DNA of 60,512 nucleotides, counting the filler. It is 4 parts of 4 records of this genome, joined end to end, with 100 filler letters (N's around TTAATTAATTAA, not from the genome) between each part and the next. Parts side by side here need not be neighbours in the genome. Positions count along the whole stretch, not along the records: positions 14,546 to 36,623 come from SRR20825019_417; 3 more parts are not named here. One strand, given 5' to 3'. How positions within the stretch are numbered: the stretch's first letter is position 1; the number at the start of each line of letters is the position of its first letter. Of this stretch, positions 17,975-27,711 are shown piece after piece. A program made the translations under genes and the position numbers. The notes below the pieces were generated by a model. That model made no database searches. It saw nothing but the letters and a program-made list of their open reading frames with translations, and was not told where the DNA came from.

Positions 17975-18787
17975 TTAGTTGCTGAACTTCTCAATTACTT
18001 CTTGAGTTACTCCCGTATTTGAGAATCCACCATCATGGAATAAATTCTGCATTGTTACATACTTCGTAAGATCCGAGAACATTGCGATACAGTAATCTGC
18101 ACACGCTGCTGCTGAAGCATTTCCAAGCGGAGACATTTTTTCTGAATAATTAATGAATTCGCTAAATCCTTTTACACCACTTCCTGCAGTTGTCATTGTT
18201 GGCGACTGAGAAATTGTATTTACACGAACATGTTTTGCAACACCGTAGTGATAACCAAAACTGCGTGCAATTGACTCCAAGTAAGACTTGTTGTCCGCCA
18301 TATCGTTGTAATCAGGGAATACACGTTGAGCAGCAATATATGTTAAAGCTAAAACAGATCCCCAATCATTCATTGCGTCCTGTTTCATTGCCGTTTGAAG
18401 CACTTTATGAAAAGATAATGCAGAAACATCGAAGCCTTTCATTGTCCAATCGTAATTTTCGTCAGTATAGTGTTTTCCTTTACGAACGTTCACCGACATT
18501 CCGATAGAATGAAGAACAAAATCAAGTTTACCACCCAAAATTTCCATCGATTGAGCAACCAAGTTTTCAAGATCTTCCACGCTTGTTGCGTCTGCCGAAA
18601 TAATTTGACTTCCTGTTTTCGCAGCAAGATCATTAATCTCTCCCATTCGCATTGCGATTGGTGCATTTGTAAGTACAAACGTTGCTCCTTCCTCATGAGC
18701 TCTTTCTGCTACCTTCCAAGCTATTGATTGATCATTTAACGCTCCGAAAATGATTCCTCTTTTTCCTTTCAATAAGTTATTTCCCAT
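17975..18787 (-). CDS. fabI: enoyl-ACP reductase
   Basis: LLKGKRGIIFGALNDQSIAW, YNDMADNK catalytic Y..K, RVNTISQSP. Confidence 0.93.
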   Translation of the reverse strand: MGNNLLKGKRGIIFGALNDQSIAWKVAERAHEEGATFVLTNAPIAMRMGEINDLAAKTGSQIISADATSVEDLENLVAQSMEILGGKLDFVLHSIGMSVNVRKGKHYTDENYDWTMKGFDVSALSFHKVLQTAMKQDAMNDWGSVLALTYIAAQRVFPDYNDMADNKSYLESIARSFGYHYGVAKHVRVNTISQSPTMTTAGSGVKGFSEFINYSEKMSPLGNASAAACADYCIAMFSDLTKYVTMQNLFHDGGFSNTGVTQEVIEKFSN

Positions 18788-18832
18788 GTTTTCTGATTTG
18801 GTGATACAAATTTAGAATAATCTACGAATGCT

Positions 18833-19600
18833 TCAATCTATTTCTAAGGTTAGTCCATCATAAGCGACAAATACGTTCTCTGGAAGTTCTTTTTCAATCT
18901 CAGCATGCCTTCCAAAAAGGTGCGAGATATGCGTCAAATAAGCTCGTTCTGGCTTAATCTCCGCTATAAATGCTAGTGCTTCTTCTAAATTGAAATGCGA
19001 AATGTGCTCTTCTCTTCGCAATGCATTAACCATCAATGTTTTTGTTCCGAAAAGTTTTTGCTTTTCTTCTTCGGTAATTGTTTTAGCATCTGTCAAATAG
19101 GTAAAGTCGCCAATTCTAAATCCCAAAACAGGCAACAAATAGTGCATCACTTCAATTGGTTGTACTTTTGTTCCATTTGGGAGTTCAAACGCTGATTTGT
19201 CAATTAAACGAACGTCAATTTTAGGAATCCCAGGGTAAGTATTCTCGCCAAAAACATAGCTAAACTCTCTTTTTAAAGCTTCCAAAACGCGTTCGGTACA
19301 ATATACATTCATATCGCGTTTCTCTCGAAAATTAAACGCGCGCACGTCATCCATTCCGGCTACGTGATCCTTGTGTTCATGCGTGAACAAAATCCCTGAT
19401 AATGTTTTGACGTTTTCTCGGAGCATTTGCTGACGAAAATCGGGTCCACTATCGATCACAAAATTCTGACCGTCGATTGACACAAGCACCGAACACCTGA
19501 GCCTGCTATCCTTTGGATCAGAAGAAGTACACGTGTGACAATCGCAGGCAATTACAGGAACGCCTTGAGATGTGCCAGTTCCAAGAATCGTTACTTTCAT
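18833..19600 (-). CDS. MBL-fold metallo-hydrolase (PhnP-like)
   Basis: LGTGTSQGVPVIAC, THEHKDH, LTHISH, AYDG. Confidence 0.9.
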   Translation of the reverse strand: MKVTILGTGTSQGVPVIACDCHTCTSSDPKDSRLRCSVLVSIDGQNFVIDSGPDFRQQMLRENVKTLSGILFTHEHKDHVAGMDDVRAFNFREKRDMNVYCTERVLEALKREFSYVFGENTYPGIPKIDVRLIDKSAFELPNGTKVQPIEVMHYLLPVLGFRIGDFTYLTDAKTITEEEKQKLFGTKTLMVNALRREEHISHFNLEEALAFIAEIKPERAYLTHISHLFGRHAEIEKELPENVFVAYDGLTLEID

Positions 19601-19992
19601 TGGCCGCTAGATTTCGTGGCAATTAACTTCACAATGAAAATCCCCCAAGAAATAATGAGTAAAAGTCCACCTATCGGAGTAATTGGACCTAAAAACCGAA
19701 GATTCATCTCAAATACTGTTTGAAGAGCCAATAAATAAATCGAACCACCAAAGAAAAGTAATCCTATCAACATCAAGGCTTTAATCAACTTAAGGTTCAT
19801 TTTTAGTTTATCCGCATTCAATCCAATAACTAGCAATGCCAAACCATGATACATTTGATATCGAACGCCAGTTTCAAAAGATGCCAATTGATCTGGACTT
19901 AATACTTCCTTCAAAGCATGCGCTCCGAAAGCACCCAAAATGATTCCAAGAACAATTAGAGTTGCACCGAAAAGAACACTATTTCTGTTCAT
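19597..19992 (-). CDS. DUF423 (YgdD-like) membrane protein
   Basis: GAFGAHAL, YQMYH, LGPITPIGG. Confidence 0.9.
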   Translation of the reverse strand: MNRNSVLFGATLIVLGIILGAFGAHALKEVLSPDQLASFETGVRYQMYHGLALLVIGLNADKLKMNLKLIKALMLIGLLFFGGSIYLLALQTVFEMNLRFLGPITPIGGLLLIISWGIFIVKLIATKSSGQ

Positions 19993-21265
19993 AATTTAAA
20001 TTTAATGTAAAGTTCAATACTTCATTCCACCCTTTCCATATTCCATAATCTCCGATGGTTTCATTGTGCCACAAGAAAACGAAATCGCCACCATATCTGC
20101 GCACCTCATCGTACAACGCTTGAATCTTTTCCTTACTCGCTTCGGGAGTTAATTTCATGTATTCATTGAGCGTTCCATCCATATACACAAAAGGGTGAAT
20201 GATCAGCTCTGTATGAATGTTCTTGCTCAAGTCGAACCAAGGAAACGAACGAGCGGTTCCACAACGAAAACCAGTATGCTCGGCAAATCCCATGGAATAC
20301 TCATGTTTAAATTCAGCATCTATTAATTGCTGAAATGTTTCTGGAAGTTTAAACCTCAAAAAATGCTGTCTCGAACTAACCACGGAATCAGAAACAACTT
20401 TATCCAGACTTTTCTTCTCAGCTTGAATCGTTTCTCCTTTTAGAAAGGAAGCGTAACTCGGATGAAGTCCTATCTCAACACTTTTAGATAATTCAGCGAT
20501 CAACTTTTGATGCTCGGGATGTTCAATCGAAATATTCCTGTCTTTCTTAGCCCATTTTCCTACCAACCAAAAAACAGTTGATCTCTGAAAATCTTCTGAA
20601 ATTTTCTTTATTTTATCAAATGTGTCGTAAGGATCTGATTGTGTTCCAAGTAAAATCGCCTTTCTCTCTCTGATTCTTGCATGATTTCTTTGGAAGACAT
20701 CCTTTGCAATAGAACTCCACATTCGCATTCCACCTTTTAGTCGATAGGCAAATGTGTTGTCTATGTCGAAAGTTGGGACTATTTCTGTTTTGATGTTTTC
20801 AAATTTCCAGCGTGAATTTATCTTTTGAATAACGGATTCCGCCCATCTGTCACAAACTGCTTTGGAAATCCAGTCTCCTTTTAAAACACTGTCTTGATAC
20901 CTAAACCTTCCATGTTGGTCACGCTTATTGACGTTGTATTCTTCATAACGAGTTAGCACATAAAAAATGGAAGCAATTGGATCAGCTTGACCATCAAAAC
21001 TGAGTAATTCCAGTTCGTTAATCGTCGTTTTCTCTATTTTAAGCGATTGAATTCCTGTTTCTTCCATGATCGTAGCACGTGGAATCCATAACGCATTTCC
21101 ACTATAAACTTTGGAATAAGCCAATTTTTGATTGCTCAAACTTCGCTCAAACGCTTCTAAACTGTACTCGATAGTGAATTCCAAACCTCGTTCTTTGAAG
21201 ATGAAGTCCAATGTGTAATCAACACGTGGTGAAGCACTATCTATATAAATGAGTATCATTGGCAT
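19979..21265 (-). CDS. polysaccharide deacetylase-family protein
   Basis: TFDID, EIGLHPSY, RQHFLRF, GFRCGT, LWHNE. Confidence 0.8.
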   Translation of the reverse strand: MPMILIYIDSASPRVDYTLDFIFKERGLEFTIEYSLEAFERSLSNQKLAYSKVYSGNALWIPRATIMEETGIQSLKIEKTTINELELLSFDGQADPIASIFYVLTRYEEYNVNKRDQHGRFRYQDSVLKGDWISKAVCDRWAESVIQKINSRWKFENIKTEIVPTFDIDNTFAYRLKGGMRMWSSIAKDVFQRNHARIRERKAILLGTQSDPYDTFDKIKKISEDFQRSTVFWLVGKWAKKDRNISIEHPEHQKLIAELSKSVEIGLHPSYASFLKGETIQAEKKSLDKVVSDSVVSSRQHFLRFKLPETFQQLIDAEFKHEYSMGFAEHTGFRCGTARSFPWFDLSKNIHTELIIHPFVYMDGTLNEYMKLTPEASKEKIQALYDEVRRYGGDFVFLWHNETIGDYGIWKGWNEVLNFTLNLNYEQK

Positions 21266-22407
21266 TAGAGCATTTCAAGTATTTTCTCACACATAAATTC
21301 AGCGGCCTTTCCATCACCGTAAAATGAAGGATAGGAATAATTGTTTTTAGTATACAACGCATCAAAAGCGCGAACGATTTCTTCTTCCTTAGCTCCACAA
21401 AGAATTGCATTTCCGTTATCGACAATCTCAACCCACTCTGTTTGCGGACGAAGAATAACGCATGGTTTCTGAAAGAAAAACGCTTCCTTTTGCAATCCGC
21501 CGCTATCTGTTACGATCATTCGTGCATTTTTTTCCAAAGCGATGATATCCTTAAACCCAACCGGGTCGATAATTCTAATCAACTCTGATGATGCTATTTC
21601 TTTTTGTAATTCGGTATTTATCGATGCTATTTTTCCTCGTGTACGCGGATGAATCGGCAGAACAAAAGGAATTTGATAGTTGTGTGAAATGGCGAGAATA
21701 GCTTTGAAAATGGCTTCTAGGTTTTCAGGAACATCGGTATTTGAATCTCGATGAACAGTCATAAGTACAAACTCCGTATTCTCCAATTTTTGTGTCTTCA
21801 AAATGGTCGAATGCTCTGCTGATAACTCTGAAAAATAAAGACTGTTATCGTACATAATGTCCCCACAATGGTAAACATGCGGGTGGTCAATGGTTGCCTT
21901 CCCGTCTTTTTCTAGTGAAAATCCTTCGCGTTCCAAATTTGCCAATCCAACTGCAGTTGGCGTAAATAAAAGCGTTGACATGTGATCACATGAAATTCTA
22001 TTTACCTCTTCGGGCATGGATTTATTAAAACTGCGAAGTCCGGCTTCCACGTGAATTACGGGAATGTGAATTTTCGAAGCTGCAAGAGCGCCTGCAATGG
22101 TTGAATTTGTATCCCCATAGACCAAAACTGCATCTGGGCGTTCTTTTAAGAAAACCTCTTCCAGTCCTTCAAGCATTCGAGCAGTCTGTGAAGCATGAGA
22201 ACCACTTCCAACATTGAGGTTGTAATTCGGATAGGGAATTCTCATTTCTTCGAAGAATACATTTGACATATTCTCATCGTAATGTTGTCCCGTATGAATT
22301 ATCACTTCCTCAAGCTGTTCTGAAAAAAAATGTTTTATAGCTCGACTCAAGGCAGCAGACTTAATAATTTGTGGCCGAGTTCCAACGATGCTAATTATTT
22401 TCTTCAT
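21265..22407 (-). CDS. wecB: UDP-N-acetylglucosamine 2-epimerase (non-hydrolysing)
   Basis: VGTRPQIIK, HTGQHYD, GDTNST, HVEAGLRS, TDSGGLQKEA. Confidence 0.94.
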   Translation of the reverse strand: MKKIISIVGTRPQIIKSAALSRAIKHFFSEQLEEVIIHTGQHYDENMSNVFFEEMRIPYPNYNLNVGSGSHASQTARMLEGLEEVFLKERPDAVLVYGDTNSTIAGALAASKIHIPVIHVEAGLRSFNKSMPEEVNRISCDHMSTLLFTPTAVGLANLEREGFSLEKDGKATIDHPHVYHCGDIMYDNSLYFSELSAEHSTILKTQKLENTEFVLMTVHRDSNTDVPENLEAIFKAILAISHNYQIPFVLPIHPRTRGKIASINTELQKEIASSELIRIIDPVGFKDIIALEKNARMIVTDSGGLQKEAFFFQKPCVILRPQTEWVEIVDNGNAILCGAKEEEIVRAFDALYTKNNYSYPSFYGDGKAAEFMCEKILEML

Positions 22408-22411
22408 TCCT

Positions 22412-23101
22412 CTAGTTTAACATTCCTTCATCTGCAAAACTAAAGTAATTATCGTCTGTAATTATTAAATGATCCAGAATATGTAAATCGATCAGCTTGC
22501 CAAACTCGAGCAAATGCTTTGTAAGTTTAATGTCTGAATGACTTGGTTTCAGCTGGCCGCTAGGATGATTATGAGCCAAAATAATCGCGGAACTTTTCAT
22601 TTCTAGCGCTTTTTGAAAAATCACCTTTCCATCTGCAACGGTTCCTGAAAGCCCGCCTTTAGAAATTTGCTCCACTCCGAGTAATTTATTGCTTCTGCTT
22701 AGGAAGAGAACAAAAAACTGCTCATGATCCAAATCTGCAAATTTGGGATAGAGAATAGAATAACTATCATTTGATGAAGTAATAATCGGCGTTTGACCTG
22801 AAATGCTTACACTTCTCCGCCTTGAAAGTTCGAGTGCTGCAAAAATTGAAATCGCTTTGGCTTGACCAATTCCTTTAAACTTTTGGAAATCTGAAATTGA
22901 TTTCTTGCTTAATTTCGAGAGGTCGTTATCAGAATCTTGTAAAACTACTCTTGCAAGCTCCACCGCAGTTTGATTTCTGGAACCTGAACCGATGAGTATT
23001 GCGATCAATTCTGCATCAGATAGGGCACTTCTACCTTTCGTGATTAATTTTTCTCGTGGACGGTCTTCTTCCGCCCAGCATTTAATGGTTGTTGTTATCA
23101 T
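22412..23101 (-). CDS. radC: RadC/JAB-domain protein
   Basis: DRPREKL, LSDAELIAILIGSG, AHNHPSG, LDHLII. Confidence 0.94.
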   Translation of the reverse strand: MITTTIKCWAEEDRPREKLITKGRSALSDAELIAILIGSGSRNQTAVELARVVLQDSDNDLSKLSKKSISDFQKFKGIGQAKAISIFAALELSRRRSVSISGQTPIITSSNDSYSILYPKFADLDHEQFFVLFLSRSNKLLGVEQISKGGLSGTVADGKVIFQKALEMKSSAIILAHNHPSGQLKPSHSDIKLTKHLLEFGKLIDLHILDHLIITDDNYFSFADEGMLN

Positions 23102-23251
23102 TGTGGTATAGGTTTACTCTAAGGTATTCATTCCTTTTCGGCTTCTCAACACATTTTTACATTTTCTTTGGTATAGTTATTGACATTCCCACATGGACAA
23201 TTGGTTCATGTTAATTCTTATGTTCTTGACTCGAACCATTAAATTTGTTCT

Positions 23252-24379
23252 ATGATTAAATCTTATATGAAAAACGTTGTTTCTATCCTTTCGGTTCTTT
23301 CTATTTTCTTCACTTCTTGCGCACAGCAAGAACAAGTAACTAGAGAGGAACCTATTTCACTTAGCTCTTTTTTGAAGGATCATAAAACACTCGATCATAA
23401 AGTGGACAGTGTGATGAAAACATTGGATCAAAAAGCAATGGTTGCGCAGTTAATCATGCCAGCTGCTGGTAGGCTGGGACAGTCTGAAGAGCGCATTCAT
23501 TACTTGGTGGAAAATGGTTTTGTTGGTGGAATCATTCTTCTTAATGGAACGAAAGAACAGTTCACTTCTTGGGTAAAAGAATACGAAGGAATCAATAAAG
23601 AAAAAGGAAATCTTCCGTTTTTATACTCCGCAGACGCTGAGCCTAGTCTTGTAAATCGCAAGATTCTTGGTTCAACTACGGTGAGTAAAGCTCCTGAAGT
23701 CACAACTGTTGAAGAAGCCAAAAAAGCGGCTCGAATTATCTCCAACGATTTAAATGAAATTGGCATCAACTATAATTTCGCACCTGTTGTAGATCTTTCT
23801 GCAAATAAAACTGTTGGATACAGAGGTTTTGGCTCTGATCCTAAAAATGTGATTCCTTTTTCGCAAGCATTTATTGACCAAACGCAAAGTCAAAATATTA
23901 TCGCAACGGCAAAACATTTCCCTGGTCATGGTCTCGTTAGTGGAGATACACATAAATCTCTCCAGGTCATTGATGGTGAATTGAAAGAACTCAAGTATTA
24001 TCCGGAATTGATAGAGAACGGATTACTCTCCATAATGGTTGCGCACATCGCGGTGAAGAATAATGCTCAATTTAGCACAAACGGATTACCTGCTACGACG
24101 TCAGATGTAATCGTTCAAAAACTACTTCGCGACAGTTTAGGATTCAAAGGTCTCGTAATTACCGACGCTATGGGAATGGGCGGTGTTGCTTCTATCCCGA
24201 ACGCTTCTGTACTTGCAATTAGTGCTGGATGTGATATTTTGCTAATGCCGAAAGATTCGGAACAAGCCCACAAGGAAATTAGTGCAGAATGCGATAAAGA
24301 TGCTAAATTCAAGCAAAAAGTTTTTACCGCTGCAGAGCGCATTGTTCGAATGAAAATCTGCCTTGGACTCATCCAATAA
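23252..24379 (+). CDS. GH3 N-terminal-domain beta-N-acetylglucosaminidase (NagZ-like) lipoprotein
   Basis: Lipobox FTSC, NFAPVVD, KHFPGHG...DTH, ITDAMGMG. Confidence 0.85.
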   Translation: MIKSYMKNVVSILSVLSIFFTSCAQQEQVTREEPISLSSFLKDHKTLDHKVDSVMKTLDQKAMVAQLIMPAAGRLGQSEERIHYLVENGFVGGIILLNGTKEQFTSWVKEYEGINKEKGNLPFLYSADAEPSLVNRKILGSTTVSKAPEVTTVEEAKKAARIISNDLNEIGINYNFAPVVDLSANKTVGYRGFGSDPKNVIPFSQAFIDQTQSQNIIATAKHFPGHGLVSGDTHKSLQVIDGELKELKYYPELIENGLLSIMVAHIAVKNNAQFSTNGLPATTSDVIVQKLLRDSLGFKGLVITDAMGMGGVASIPNASVLAISAGCDILLMPKDSEQAHKEISAECDKDAKFKQKVFTAAERIVRMKICLGLIQ

Positions 24380-24468
24380 CGTTAAAAGTACTTACAATTC
24401 CTTCTTTCGCTTCTCATTAGAATAACGTATTGTTTGCTAATATGAAATGAACGATTAACTTTGAGTTA

Positions 24469-25233
24469 ATGTCGATAGAAGAACTACACGCTAAACTTAT
24501 CAAATTCGACCGTATCGCGCTCGAGGATATGGGTCGTGTACGACTTATGGATCGCGTAGATACTAAATTCAATTTCAGTCGAGATCAGCTATCAGTAATT
24601 CTTCCTGAATTATCAAAACACTACTTTGTTCTCGAAATCGAAGGAAGTCTAACACCTAAATACGAAAGTCTTTATTTCGACGATAATGACCTTACCTTTT
24701 ATACAAATCATCATCAAAAAAAGATGAATCGCTACAAGGTTCGAATTAGGAAGTACTTGGATTCTGATATTGCCTTTCTAGAGGTTAAACACAAATTTAA
24801 GGGAAGAACGAATAAGATGAGAATCCCAGTAGACGGACTGAACCACACATTGGAGGATGATCACAAGAAATTCTTAGAATCGACTGGCGTAAATGCCAAG
24901 GAATTAAAACCAGTGCTTTCCAATAAATATCAGCGAATTACGTTGGTTGGAAAAGTACTAAATGAACGACTTACATTGGATCTATTTTTATCATTTGATT
25001 GGGAAGGAGAAAACTACAATTTCGATGAACTGATTATTGCCGAATTGAAGCAAGAAAAAGTGTCGCGGAATTCTCCATTTTTTCAAGTCATGAAACAACA
25101 TCAAATTCGACCATTCAGATTAAGCAAATACTGCATTGGAGTGATCAAGCTGTTTGGAAAGGAAAATGTAAAATACAATCGATTTAAAATGAAACTAAAC
25201 AAACTAAACAAAATTGACACAAATGCCGCTTAG
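24469..25233 (+). CDS. VTC (polyphosphate polymerase-like) domain protein
   Basis: LMDRVDTKF, SLYFDD, KVRIRKY, FLEVKHK, ERLTLD, ELK, SKYC. Confidence 0.88.
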   Translation: MSIEELHAKLIKFDRIALEDMGRVRLMDRVDTKFNFSRDQLSVILPELSKHYFVLEIEGSLTPKYESLYFDDNDLTFYTNHHQKKMNRYKVRIRKYLDSDIAFLEVKHKFKGRTNKMRIPVDGLNHTLEDDHKKFLESTGVNAKELKPVLSNKYQRITLVGKVLNERLTLDLFLSFDWEGENYNFDELIIAELKQEKVSRNSPFFQVMKQHQIRPFRLSKYCIGVIKLFGKENVKYNRFKMKLNKLNKIDTNAA

Positions 25234-25885
25234 CACTAAAACCTATACAATAGCAGAACAATTGAACTTAACATGGTTTGATACTGATTTCTACGCATTA
25301 TGTCTGCGCTTGGCAGTCAATCTGGTATTCATGACCATCTTAATTCGGTATTTGTATTATCCCATTGCCAAAAGAAAGGATTACTTGTTCACTTATTATT
25401 TGATCGGGATTATTACGTTCTTTCTCTGCTTCGGGTTGAAAAAACTGGATATCGATACGGGAATGGGGCTTGGTCTATTCGCCATATTTGGGATTATTCG
25501 CTACAGAACAGATGCTATTGAGATTAAAGAGATGACTTATTTGTTTCTTGTAATCGGAATCAGCGTTGTTAACTCTTTGGCATCAAATAGAATTAGCATT
25601 GCAGAAATGGCGCTTATCAACGTGAGTGTTGTACTGATTACTTTTGGATTAGAACGTGTTTGGTTGCTGAAACATGAAACGAGAAAAACTATCACCTACG
25701 AGAAAATCGACCTTATTATTCCAACTCGCTACGACGAAATGAAGGCGGATATCGAATTACGCACTGGATTATCTATTAATCGCTTTGAAGTAGGAAAAAT
25801 TAACTTTTTGGATGACACTGCTCAGGTAAGAATTTTCTATTTTGCCGAAGAACAAGTCTTTTCAGACTACCATAACGAGAATTAG
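25214..25885 (+). CDS. DUF4956 membrane protein
   Basis: GLGLFAIFGIIRYRT...IKEMTYLF; usual partner of VTC genes. Confidence 0.88.
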   Translation: MTQMPLSTKTYTIAEQLNLTWFDTDFYALCLRLAVNLVFMTILIRYLYYPIAKRKDYLFTYYLIGIITFFLCFGLKKLDIDTGMGLGLFAIFGIIRYRTDAIEIKEMTYLFLVIGISVVNSLASNRISIAEMALINVSVVLITFGLERVWLLKHETRKTITYEKIDLIIPTRYDEMKADIELRTGLSINRFEVGKINFLDDTAQVRIFYFAEEQVFSDYHNEN

Positions 25886-25888
25886 CCC

Positions 25889-26914
25889 ATGAAGAATTTA
25901 CGAAAACTCTTACTTCCAGTTGCTTGGTTGTATGGTTTCGTTACATTCCTGCGAAATAAAATGTACGATTGGGGCATCTTTCGAACCCAGCGAATTTCTA
26001 AAAAATCAATTCTTATCGGAAACCTTTCTGTTGGAGGAACTGGAAAATCTCCTCTCGTAGAATACGTTGCCCAACATTTTCTCGACCGAGCACAGAAATT
26101 AGCTACGCTTAGTCGAGGATATGGAAGAAAAACAAAAGGACTCATTCACGCATCGGTTAATTCACTCGCTGAAGAAATTGGAGATGAACCACGTCAGTTT
26201 AAATCAAAGTTTAAACAACAAGTGGAAGTCGTTGTAGCAGAAAAACGTGTTGTTGGGATTGATTATATTGAACGTTCTCTTCCCGAAACGAACCTAATTA
26301 TCTTGGATGACGCTTTTCAACATAGAGCGGTAAAGGCGGGCTTTCAAATAATCGTAACCCCTTACAACGATCTTTTCAGTAGAGACTTAATGCTTCCTGC
26401 AGGAAATCTCCGAGAATGGAAAATGGGAAAAAACAGAGCCGATTTGATAATCGTAAGCAAATGCCCAATTGATCTTTCGGATGCAGAGAAATTACGCGTT
26501 CGAACTGAACTGGTTTTTCCAAATGAGCGCATTTTTTTCTCCAGTATTCAATACCTAGTTCCAGTTGGAAAACAGAAACTCGATGTTCCCAAAAACGTGT
26601 TAGTAGTCACTGGAATTGGAAATCCGCAACCACTTTTAGAAGAATGGATGAAAAAAGCGAACGTCGAACACCTCTCTTTTGGTGATCATCACAACTTCTC
26701 TTCGAACGACATCGCCAGAATTCATGAAAAATTTGATACTTTTGCTCACCAGAATAAAGTCATTCTAACAACCGAAAAGGACTATATGCGCATAGAGCAT
26801 TTCCCCGAAGTTCAAGAAGGAAATTATCCTTGGTATTATCAACCGATCGCGCTAAAAATGCATGATCAACAACTATTTAAAGCACAATTAGATGGATATT
26901 TTGACCAAATTTAA
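25889..26914 (+). CDS. lpxK: tetraacyldisaccharide 4'-kinase
   Basis: GNLSVGGTGKSP, LSRGYGR, GDEP, LDDAFQH, TTEKD. Confidence 0.95.
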   Translation: MKNLRKLLLPVAWLYGFVTFLRNKMYDWGIFRTQRISKKSILIGNLSVGGTGKSPLVEYVAQHFLDRAQKLATLSRGYGRKTKGLIHASVNSLAEEIGDEPRQFKSKFKQQVEVVVAEKRVVGIDYIERSLPETNLIILDDAFQHRAVKAGFQIIVTPYNDLFSRDLMLPAGNLREWKMGKNRADLIIVSKCPIDLSDAEKLRVRTELVFPNERIFFSSIQYLVPVGKQKLDVPKNVLVVTGIGNPQPLLEEWMKKANVEHLSFGDHHNFSSNDIARIHEKFDTFAHQNKVILTTEKDYMRIEHFPEVQEGNYPWYYQPIALKMHDQQLFKAQLDGYFDQI

Positions 26915-27710
26915 AGAAGCACACGATTATATTCGAACAAGAACGAACGTGGAACCAACTGTTGGAATTATTCTTGGAACAGGATTGGGAGGTTTAGTTA
27001 AGGAAATCAATATTATTGACGAAATTAATTACGCCGATATTCCACATTTCCCGCTTTCTACGGTGCAAAGTCACTCTGGGAAACTCATTTTTGGAGAATT
27101 AGGCGGAAAACACGTTGTTGCAATGCAAGGTCGTTTTCATTTCTACGAAGGATATACGATGCAGGAAGTAACCTTCCCCGTTCGCGTGATGAAATACCTT
27201 GGGATCGAACGCTTGTTCTTAAGCAATGCTTCTGGAGGTGTAAATCCTGATTATATTATTGGTGAAATCATGATTCTTGATGATCATATTAACCTCTTCC
27301 CTGCTCATCCACTGATTGGAAAAAACATCGATGAACTAGGACCGCGCTTCCCAGATATGAGTCAACCATACGATCATAAAATGGTTGAGTTGGCAAAACA
27401 AATTGCTTCTGAAAAATCTATTCGGATAGCTGTTGGAACGTATGCTGGTTTAACGGGACCAACGCTTGAAACTCCTGCTGAGTACAAATATGTAAGAGCC
27501 ATTGGAGCAGACACAGTTGGAATGTCTACCGTTCCAGAAGTAATTGTTGCGCGTCACATGGATATTCCGTGTTTTGCGATTTCTATAATTACAGACCTAG
27601 GAGTTCCAGGGAAGATTAAAGAAGTAAGTGTGGAGGATGTGATTGCTGTGGCCAATGAAGTTGAGCCAAAAATGACAATCATTATGAAAGAATTGATAGC
27701 AAGATCATAA
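26892..27710 (+). CDS. punA: purine-nucleoside phosphorylase
   Basis: IILGTGLG, QGRFHFYEG, GPTLETPAE, VGMSTVPE. Confidence 0.93.
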   Translation: MDILTKFKEAHDYIRTRTNVEPTVGIILGTGLGGLVKEINIIDEINYADIPHFPLSTVQSHSGKLIFGELGGKHVVAMQGRFHFYEGYTMQEVTFPVRVMKYLGIERLFLSNASGGVNPDYIIGEIMILDDHINLFPAHPLIGKNIDELGPRFPDMSQPYDHKMVELAKQIASEKSIRIAVGTYAGLTGPTLETPAEYKYVRAIGADTVGMSTVPEVIVARHMDIPCFAISIITDLGVPGKIKEVSVEDVIAVANEVEPKMTIIMKELIARS

Positions 27711-27711
27711 A

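Noticed and set aside
22412-23101. radC as marker of a mobile element
   Set aside because: Full-length form embedded among housekeeping genes with no integrase or att sites.
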